From contig OZ025662.1 of assembly GCA_964019335.1 (NCBI GenBank), positions 186,001 to 250,000 of the forward strand: 64,000 nucleotides of DNA. Direction: 5' to 3'. The notes below the pieces were generated by a model. It ran no database searches. It was not told the origin of the DNA and saw only the letters and a list, made by a program, of their open reading frames with translations. The DNA comes from Diplonema japonicum. Lineage: Eukaryota; Protista; Euglenozoa: Diplonemea. Below, piece after piece: positions 56,240 through 64,000 of this stretch. Position 1 is the first letter of the stretch. Each line of letters opens with the position of its first letter. Made by a program: the position numbers and the translations under genes.

Positions 56240-56801
56240 TTGCCAACAAATAATGAGTCATTATTTAACTCGAGGTCCGAATTTTTTGCACGAGGGCCCG
56301 CAGGGCCCGAGTGCAAAAAAACGGGTAACGAGTGTTAAATAATGGCTCATTTGGCGGCAAGTAAGTCGTTTTATTTCACTCTTCGTCATTTGAGTCACTC
56401 ACTCTTCACTGCTTTCACTGCTGTTTTTTTTCACGCAGGTCAGCTTTTTGGGGATTTTCCTAAGGTAATACAGGGTAGCTATTTCGCCGTGGCATTTAAA
56501 GGGGAAGTAAGGCACTTATTCCCACTTTTAAGGGCTGGAATGGCCTCAGATGGCCAAAAATAGTCAAAATACCCCCACCCCAAAAAAATTTTTCAAGGGG
56601 TTGGGTGCATTTTTTTCCACGACAAGACCCATTTTTTCACTCTGAAGGGCCATTATTTAACTGCAAAATCTCATTATTTAACTAGTTAAATAATGGCGAT
56701 TTCGCGTTAAATAATGGCCGTTTCGCGTTAAATAATGGCCATTTCGCGTTAAATAATGAGGCCCCTAGTGAGTGAAGAAAATGACGAAGAGTGAAATAAA
56801 A
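56240..56801. repeat. Non-coding foldback element: 120-nt hairpin, 35-bp inverted repeats and 21-bp periodic repeats
   Basis: Hairpin 56240-56360; IR 56369-56403 vs 56767-56801; CATTATTTAAC at 56651 and 56672 facing GTTAAATAATG at 56685, 56706, 56727 and 56748. Confidence 0.8.
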
Positions 56802-57791
56802 AAAAAAAAAAAAAGAAGAAGAAAAAGAAAAGGGGACAAAAATTATTTTTCTGCTTTTTTTTCCTCTTTCCTGCACTCGTGCGAATAGCAAAAGATATAA
56901 AGAATTTTTTTTTCTCCCCCTTTTGGCATCCGGGTATTTTTCTATCCCCGTGGGGGTATTTTTCCGTCTGCACTGTGAATCTCGTAATTATTTCCGGGCA
57001 AGCAGCTCTTACAGAGCAAAGTATTTTACAATAGAAGGTAAGATGACAGTATTCCGGGTATTTCTTTTCTTCTTCATTTCTTGTTTTTGGATGTGAGCAC
57101 CCCTAACACCCCAAAGGAGTACAGATATGCCCCGAAAGAAAAGGGAATATGCCGGATTTGGACTTAATAGGAAACGGGAAAAGTTCTAAACCCATTTGTT
57201 CCATATTTATTCCGTTCTATATCTTTCCGTTTTCTTGGGCCCGGGGCCTAAAGAACCATTTCCGAAACCGAAAATCCACATTGTGTCCGTTTCCAACAAA
57301 TTCCAAAAAAAAAAAGTTTTTTTCGTTCCACAAGTCCAAATACGGTATATTTCTTCCGAAATAGAATTAAGAGGTTTACAGTTATTTTGTTTCTTTCCAA
57401 CCATTCCTACCCTTGAAAAAAAAATAAAAAAATAAAAGAAAAAGAACGAAAAAGAAAAAGGAAAAAAGAAGGCAGAGTTCCTATTTCCTATAAGTGCTAA
57501 ACTCCCCTTGCCTCCTAGAATGAACTAAAAGGATCAGAGAGAAGGATAACGTCTATCTAAAGAGCCGGGTTGAAGGGTGGGAAGTAGTCGCCCCATTATC
57601 ATTAGTAGTTTTTTTTGCCCTTGTTTGTCGCGGGTTATGATGAGCAGAACCGCTCCCACTTCTGCCCCATAACTTGCGTAGCTTTGTCTCCTCCAAGATA
57701 TACGATGGGAGCGCGGAGAGAAGAAAGTCAGGTTACCCTATTCCTGCAACTTCCTTTTCCTTTCTATTCTTCTATTTCCGTTCACCCAAGC

Positions 57792-57825
<34 letters not shown>

Positions 57826-57887
57826 ATACCACAGGTGCACACTGGGGCGCAGGTGACTGCCTCCGACTCCTTTTTTTTTTTTACACA

Positions 57888-59771
57888 ATGGAGTGTATGG
57901 TGTGCCGTGGGGATGTAGACGAAGTTGTCTCGTTGCATTGCGGGCATGGTTGTTGCGAGTGTTGTTGGAGCCGTTATGTTTCAACTGCTGTAAAAGATGG
58001 GAAGGTGGAGGTAGGATGCATAGTAGTAACGTGTGACGTGAAGCTCAGTGAAGAGGAGGTTTTAAAGTACCTCCCGACCGATGAAGAACGTGAAAAATAC
58101 TTCAGATTCAAAGGCCTCAAGATGCTCGAGTCGGACCCAGGCATGCGGTGGTGCAGGAATCCACTCTGCGGAGTCCCTGTGCACGGTTGCGTCACGCAAG
58201 GTAAAACTCGCAAAGCTTGCCGGTTCGCTCTCAAGTGGAGCATCATCTTCACCGCTGCCAGCCTCGCATACTACATCACCACCACGTTGTTCACTGACCT
58301 GCTGCACTGTGTGTTGTACGTGGCTGCCTTTGTGGCTGGGTTGCTGAAACTAGTTAATTTTTTTGAGGTGTTCGAGACATGTGGTGGGGTGAAAAGGCTG
58401 TCCGTGTGCGAGGAATGCGGCACCGAGTCCTGCTACGACTGCCGCCTGCAACCCCACGACGGAGAATGCCTGCGAGCTATGACCGAAGAGCTCAAGACAT
58501 GGTTTAACAACGACGATAAAATGCGTGCGCCTTGCCACGGATGCAAGACTCTCATCGAACTCTATGACGGTTGCAATCACATGACGTGCTTGAAGTGCGG
58601 ATACCAGTTTTGCATGCTGTGCGGCGAGGACGTCGCATCGTCCGTCTCGCAGCATTATACGAACAGCTCGTGCCGCAGGTACAACGGTGAGATGACGCCG
58701 GAATGGAAGGAAAACCGCTGGGACATATCGTCTATCTACCCGAAACTGTCCCTGACACAGCAGGATGCCTTCTTGTACTCGACGTCGCTGTCCACTTGTA
58801 TCTTAGCTGCAAAGATGTCGTGCGAACACGTCACGCCTCACATGCTTGCTAGTGTCATCACTGCCGAAGCCATCGTGGCATGGCTATTTGTCATCAGTGC
58901 TGGTCTTGTCATTGAAAACACGTTTGCCAAACGTGACACCTACGAACCCGTGCTGCCTTTGCAAGGGTGGTTTGTCACTTATGTTGTTGCAGCGAATTTC
59001 GAGTGGCTTGTCTCCAGTGTTGTGGGGGTTTTCGGGGACGGGTTCGGGTCGAGTTTCTTGGAGGCCGTTGTCGGTACAATGTTGCTGATGGCAAGCCTTT
59101 CTATAGTTCTGGCTGTTGTGCTGAATCTTCACTTGTGCGGAGTGAAACGGTCGTCGGAGTGGGTTCGAGCTATCGAACCCAGTTGGACCCGCCCCCTAAA
59201 GGACCTCAACTTCCTTGCAACGATGTATGTGACAGCATGGCGTGTGGGGAACATAGACCCTTACTGTTGGACATTTTCGGTGGGGTTATGCTTGGCAACG
59301 TCACTGTGCTGTGTGTTAGGGTGCTTTGCGCCGAGCGGGCTTGGAGAACCGCCTGTGTTTTGGGGATGGTACACACAAGTCATGAAAGGAGCATGTATCT
59401 TCTCGGTGCTGGTGCTCATCACAGTGAGCGGAGCCTCGTTTTGGATTCTCTACTATGCGGCCACCGCTATGGTGCTTGTGACACCCCTTACACTGTGCCC
59501 ACGTCCTTTTAAGGCCACCATCCTTGGTGGGGTCTGCAGACAGTTCTCTGTTTCCTGCACTTACCCGGCAAGGACAGTCCTGCCTACCAGTACAACTAAG
59601 AGAATAGCTCTCATCGTTCTCATGGGTGCTGTTTTGGAACTCACCATTGTTGACCTCTTTAAGGGCAGCCCTGTACTCACCTACGTGTCCGGTGCAGTCA
59701 TGTGTCACAACCTGCCCGTCTTCACGGTATGTGTGAGCCGCAGATTTCGGGCAGCTTCAGGATGTGCATAA
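57888..59771 (+). CDS. RBR (RING-IBR-Rcat) E3 ubiquitin ligase with multiple TM segments
   Basis: RING1 'CMVC...CGHGCCECC', IBR 'RWCRNPLC...CEEC....CYDC....H', Rcat 'CHGC..LIELYDGCNHMTCLKCGYQFCMLC'; hydrophobic C-terminal half. Confidence 0.85.
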   Translation: MECMVCRGDVDEVVSLHCGHGCCECCWSRYVSTAVKDGKVEVGCIVVTCDVKLSEEEVLKYLPTDEEREKYFRFKGLKMLESDPGMRWCRNPLCGVPVHGCVTQGKTRKACRFALKWSIIFTAASLAYYITTTLFTDLLHCVLYVAAFVAGLLKLVNFFEVFETCGGVKRLSVCEECGTESCYDCRLQPHDGECLRAMTEELKTWFNNDDKMRAPCHGCKTLIELYDGCNHMTCLKCGYQFCMLCGEDVASSVSQHYTNSSCRRYNGEMTPEWKENRWDISSIYPKLSLTQQDAFLYSTSLSTCILAAKMSCEHVTPHMLASVITAEAIVAWLFVISAGLVIENTFAKRDTYEPVLPLQGWFVTYVVAANFEWLVSSVVGVFGDGFGSSFLEAVVGTMLLMASLSIVLAVVLNLHLCGVKRSSEWVRAIEPSWTRPLKDLNFLATMYVTAWRVGNIDPYCWTFSVGLCLATSLCCVLGCFAPSGLGEPPVFWGWYTQVMKGACIFSVLVLITVSGASFWILYYAATAMVLVTPLTLCPRPFKATILGGVCRQFSVSCTYPARTVLPTSTTKRIALIVLMGAVLELTIVDLFKGSPVLTYVSGAVMCHNLPVFTVCVSRRFRAASGCA

Positions 59772-60387
59772 GTTATCTTCTCTTTTTTCTTTGCTGGAAC
59801 AAGAATACAAAAAAAAAAAAAAAACTTTGAAAATAATTATTATTGCTTTAAAAAGAGTAGAGGCAGCTTGTCCGTTTATCCCTACTGGAGGTGAAAACGG
59901 CTTGCACAAACAAATTCTGGTCTTGTTGGTCCCATTTGTGATATTATCCTTTTTCTTCCTTCTATTTCTTTAGTATATCAGTCCCCTTTCTCTTTTTTAA
60001 GAAGGTGGTGGTGCTATTTAACTGTTCTATTTTCTCCCCAACAGAGCCCCCGCCCCCCCCCCCGTAGTTTCGGGTTTTGTACCAAGCGAAAAGGGTGTCA
60101 GAATGCAAATTCACTGTGTGGACTCTAGGTCTTATTCCTTTTCTTTAGTTGTCACTAAAAGGCCGGGCAAGTGCGTTCTTTCAAAGCATGCTACCTTTTT
60201 TTTTTTTATAAAGGGATGGATGTGCCATCTTTTTAATGTTCCTTACACTTCATTTCCAAACTCTGTTATTATATTTGCACCCCCCCCCCTTTATTCTACA
60301 TTAACACCATCGCCTCTTTATCTTCTACTCCCTTATTCTTCTCGTTGCAGGATTCAAGAGCATCCACCACTTCAGGAGCTCCCTGTC

Positions 60388-61374
60388 ATGTCTGAAGAGG
60401 TGTGGAGAAACGCAGTGGTAGTGCAGGGAGAGGGACCGGACAGCGTCGCGGAATGTGGTGCTGGTCTGGTGGAACGAGAAGGAAAGAAGTTAATGGTTGT
60501 GTACGGAGGGTGGACGGGGGTTGGGTGCAGTGGTGTTGTGTGGGGGTATGACCTTGTCAACAAGAAATGGGACCCTCTTGAGATCACACCCACTGAGGAA
60601 GACGCTTTCGAAGAGACCCCCGTCGCAAGATGCGCGCATGGATGCACAGCCCTTGCTGGGACTGCACTTTTCATCTTCGGTGGCTCAGATTCTTCACACA
60701 AGCTTCTGGGTGACACATGGGAACTCGTCCCACATAGCGACGGAGCCACGTGGCAATGGGTTAAGAAGAACCCCTCTAACTCTCCCACCCCCCGTAGAGG
60801 CTGCACCACAGCTGCCATCGACGAAAAAATCGCCCTCTTCGGCGGCATGGATGGCACGCAACGTCTCAATGACCTTCACTATTACCAAAACGGCACCTGG
60901 ACACGCATCACCACCTCAGGCATACCACCATCGCCCAGAGACGGCGCAGGGCTCTGCTACGATGCTGCAAAAAGGAAGCTTGTCGTCTTTGGTGGTTTCC
61001 ACCTTGGAAACATGAGCGACATGTACTTGCTGGAAGACGAGGAATGGGTCAAGTCCTCTTACACAGCTTCAGACCCAAGTGCGAGGAACACACATACATT
61101 CGCCATACTTACAGAACCTTCCATATATGTTGTGGCTTTTGGGCAGGACACAGCACCTACCTCAAGCATACACGAGTTGTCTGCGGCTGGGACGTGGTCA
61201 GCACCCGCCTTCACGACAGAGACTCCACTTCAGCCAAGGAGATACCATGCATCAGTGCACACACCGTCCAAAGTCATCATCTTCGGTGGGTGGGACGGCT
61301 CTACTTATCTGAACAGCGTTGTCGAGATGGAGTTTTCTAGGCCTGCCGATGCGGTAGCAGGGAAGAAGAAGTAG
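60388..61374 (+). CDS. Kelch-repeat beta-propeller protein
   Basis: Repeated 'P.PR..H...IFGG.DG...LND' units; ATG at 60388 after acceptor 'ttgcag'. Confidence 0.87.
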   Translation: MSEEVWRNAVVVQGEGPDSVAECGAGLVEREGKKLMVVYGGWTGVGCSGVVWGYDLVNKKWDPLEITPTEEDAFEETPVARCAHGCTALAGTALFIFGGSDSSHKLLGDTWELVPHSDGATWQWVKKNPSNSPTPRRGCTTAAIDEKIALFGGMDGTQRLNDLHYYQNGTWTRITTSGIPPSPRDGAGLCYDAAKRKLVVFGGFHLGNMSDMYLLEDEEWVKSSYTASDPSARNTHTFAILTEPSIYVVAFGQDTAPTSSIHELSAAGTWSAPAFTTETPLQPRRYHASVHTPSKVIIFGGWDGSTYLNSVVEMEFSRPADAVAGKKK

Positions 61375-61409
61375 TTTCATTCAGGCTTTCCAGCCTAGTT
61401 ATCTTTCTT

Positions 61410-61446
<37 letters not shown>

Positions 61447-61469
61447 CTTTCTTTAAAGCACCACAGGAA

Positions 61470-63185
61470 ATGATACCTATCTTGTATGGCTCACAGACAG
61501 GACACGCACAGGACATTGCATGGTACGTAGCCAAGACACTACGGGCAGAGGGGCATGAAGAGGTGGCAGTTGGGTCGATCGATGCATATGGCACAGAGGG
61601 GCTGCAGAAGGGTGGCTTGGTTGTGTTTGTTGTAAGCACAACTGGTCAGGGTGACCATCCTGACAACATGAAACAAGTGTGGGACACATTGCGAAAGAAA
61701 GGGATGACATCACTGAAAGGGCTGCGCTATGCTGTGCTAGGGTTGGGAGATTCATCGTACGAGAAGTATAACTACGTGGGCAAGATGCTGCACAACAGGC
61801 TGCAGCAACTGAACGGAACACCTGTGGTGCAAAAAGGGATGTGTGATGACCAGGACATCGACGGGCTAGACACAGGACTGCGAAAATGGTTAGATGAGCT
61901 GCTTCCTGCGTTGTCTGAGGTGGCCGGTGTGCCTGACAAAGAGTTTGTCCCAAGGATGAAGTTCTCTACAGAAATCGTTCAGAAAGCTGAGGAGTCCCCT
62001 CCTGCATCCCCCTCCGCCGTCGTAACAGCTAATACCAGGCTGACCGACGCGGCACACTGGCAAAATGTTAGGCATATTCAGCTCAGTATCTCACAAGAGA
62101 TGGCCGCTTGCCTGCGCCCTGGTGCATCCTTGGGGTTCGTGCCCACCAATCCACCCGCACAAGTCACCGCCCTTCTGAAGCGCCTGAGCCTGACTGGCGA
62201 TGAGGTCATTAGGATACGTTTGAGCACTGACACAGGCATAGCCCTCATAGGCACCCCGCCTGCCTACACGACACGCCTTATAAGTGTTAAGACCTTGTTC
62301 ACGGAGTACTTGGACATCTGTGGTACACCTGGAAGAGTGTTCTTTGAAGTGATGCAAAGCGTGTGTCCTGAAGGACCGGAACAAAACAAGCTGAAAGAGA
62401 TGGCAAGCACTGAGGGCGCAGAAGACTTGCGCTTCTACTGTACAAGAGAGAGGCGGACATTTATAGAGGTTTTGAAGGATTTCTCGTCGATTAAAGCGAC
62501 TGTAGAATTGCTGCTAGAGACGGTGCCGCAGATCCAGACGAGACAGTACTCCATCTCGTCGATGCCGAACAGCACGGTGAGTGTCACGGTGGCTGTGGTG
62601 GAGTACAAGACGCCGTACGGGAGGCATAAGAACGGGTTGTGTTCTAGTTATCTCGAAAGGCTGAAGGAAGGCGATAAGGTGCCTGTAACTGTGCATGAAC
62701 CGACGCTCACATTCCCCGATGAGGACGTTCCAATGGTGCTCATCGGACCGGGGACGGGCATCGCGCCTTGCAGGTCTATCATCCAGAACAAGGAAATACT
62801 CGGATGGCCATCCGACGTTCTGTGTGTGTTCGGGTGCAGAAACCACGACAAGGACTATTTGTACGGAGTGGAAATGGAAGATCTTGCGGAAAAGACAAAG
62901 AAATTCGCCTACCATGCCGCCTTCTCGCGTGACCAAGACAGGAAGGTGTACGTTCAGGATGTGATCCGTGCGAACGAGGAAATATCTGTTTTTATCACCA
63001 AAACTCTTCTCCAAGAAGGCGGTGTGGTCTACATCTCAGGCAACGCAAAGGCCATGCCACAGTCGGTAGAGAAGGCACTTACATTCTGTCTCATGAAACA
63101 CTGCAATGCACCAGAAGAAGAGGCGGAAGCAACGATCAAAGATCTCAAGAAGGCGAAGCAGATCCAGTTTGACACTTGGAACTAA
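61470..63185 (+). CDS. NDOR1: NADPH-dependent diflavin oxidoreductase 1 (Tah18-like)
   Basis: Flavodoxin 'ILYGSQTGHAQD', 'STTGQGD.PDNM', 'GLGDSSY'; FAD/NADPH 'RQYSISS', 'IGPGTGIAP', 'FGCR'; ends 'DTWN'; lacks the N-terminal TM of cytochrome P450 reductase. Confidence 0.85.
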   Translation: MIPILYGSQTGHAQDIAWYVAKTLRAEGHEEVAVGSIDAYGTEGLQKGGLVVFVVSTTGQGDHPDNMKQVWDTLRKKGMTSLKGLRYAVLGLGDSSYEKYNYVGKMLHNRLQQLNGTPVVQKGMCDDQDIDGLDTGLRKWLDELLPALSEVAGVPDKEFVPRMKFSTEIVQKAEESPPASPSAVVTANTRLTDAAHWQNVRHIQLSISQEMAACLRPGASLGFVPTNPPAQVTALLKRLSLTGDEVIRIRLSTDTGIALIGTPPAYTTRLISVKTLFTEYLDICGTPGRVFFEVMQSVCPEGPEQNKLKEMASTEGAEDLRFYCTRERRTFIEVLKDFSSIKATVELLLETVPQIQTRQYSISSMPNSTVSVTVAVVEYKTPYGRHKNGLCSSYLERLKEGDKVPVTVHEPTLTFPDEDVPMVLIGPGTGIAPCRSIIQNKEILGWPSDVLCVFGCRNHDKDYLYGVEMEDLAEKTKKFAYHAAFSRDQDRKVYVQDVIRANEEISVFITKTLLQEGGVVYISGNAKAMPQSVEKALTFCLMKHCNAPEEEAEATIKDLKKAKQIQFDTWN

Positions 63186-63279
63186 CGACAAAGGCTTCTT
63201 GTTATCAGGAGCCAAGTTTAGTGCAAAATCAAGAATATAAGATATATCCGCATCGAATTATACACAGGTGGCGGGAGAA

Positions 63280-64000
63280 ATGAGCCGCCGGAAGAGGGCT
63301 CTAAGCACGGCCCCAAAAACTAAGAAAAAACAAAAGACAGAAGATGTGAAGAGTCGAGCGGTGATGCTGAACTTCGTGAGGAAGACAAAACCGGAAGAAG
63401 AGAACATAATTGTACTTACTGATGACGAGCCCTGCAACAGTGCGAAGCGATTAAGTGGTGACATGTCATCGCTGCCGTCACCAGGAAGTCTGCAAAGCCT
63501 ACCTATCCATGTGGAAGAGACGTTGATGGAGGAGTACGACGACACTGTCGAACCAAGTGATGCCGCTGTAGTTGGTGCGCTGATCCTACTATGCAACACT
63601 ATACTACTACCAGAAGGGACCAGCACCCAAGACTTGGTGTACTTGATTACTCAGCCGTCCATACCTGTAATATTCCCCTACGAACGTGTGCACTCTCTGA
63701 TAACAGCGGCTGTGTGTCTTTACGTCACCACAGTCGTGACTCAACCCAAAGTTGTGGTGCTCGATGCAGACATGCAAAAAATGTGCACTGTGCACAAGGA
63801 CGGAGAAGAAATAGTAGAGTTGAACGTCATCAACGGCGACATGGGAAAGGTGAAGGGGGCTGGTGGTTATGGAAGGCTGATGATGGCTCAGGCAAGAAAT
63901 GCAGAGAAGCCTTGGGAGAGGTACCTTGTGGTGCTTAACGGTGGGTGGGGGGTTGGGGGATACACGGAGTGCCGCAGTGGAACAGATATTAATATTATTG
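63280..64000 (+). CDS. Hypothetical protein, truncated by the window end
   Basis: ATG at 63280 after 'tacacag'; frame open to the end of the window (MSRRKRALSTAPKTKKKQK..., NLS-like). Confidence 0.65.
   Translation, partial: MSRRKRALSTAPKTKKKQKTEDVKSRAVMLNFVRKTKPEEENIIVLTDDEPCNSAKRLSGDMSSLPSPGSLQSLPIHVEETLMEEYDDTVEPSDAAVVGALILLCNTILLPEGTSTQDLVYLITQPSIPVIFPYERVHSLITAAVCLYVTTVVTQPKVVVLDADMQKMCTVHKDGEEIVELNVINGDMGKVKGAGGYGRLMMAQARNAEKPWERYLVVLNGGWGVGGYTECRSGTDINII

Noticed and set aside
56685-56760. CRISPR-like short repeat array
   Set aside because: Units are 21-bp near-identical tandem repeats without unique spacers; no cas genes; eukaryotic context.

Overview
Eukaryotic genomic DNA with homopolymer-rich (poly-A/T/C/G) intergenic regions. 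All ~20 supportable host protein genes lie on the + strand, have a few short (34-102 nt) GT-AG introns, and often have an ACAG-type acceptor just upstream of the ATG. This fits a trans-splicing, polycistronic euglenozoan, probably a diplonemid (inference). Genes: three PHO80/U-type cyclins with an identical core, an SK-like K+ channel, a GH28 polygalacturonase plus a shrunken ghost copy, CEPT, a FIG4-DEP-DUF547 fusion, a coiled-coil protein, an S28 peptidase, EMC5, an axonemal dynein heavy chain, an ankyrin protein, RPN9, VIT1, a Cys-rich membrane protein, a membrane RBR E3 ligase, a Kelch protein, NDOR1 and a truncated ORF. The standout is a nested locus. The probable last intron of RPN9 (45578-51967) holds a tRNA-Pro(AGG) gene and an intact 5.75-kb APE-RT-RNaseH non-LTR retrotransposon. 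The element's 11-bp TSD ends 2 nt before the tRNA. Its 5' end carries A/B boxes almost identical to those of the tRNA, its ORF1 and ORF2 are in frame across one TGA, ORF2 starts with a 2A-like peptide, and its RT has a PDZ-like insert. Also present: a decayed piggyBac element and a non-coding foldback element. All calls are by eye; no database searches were run.
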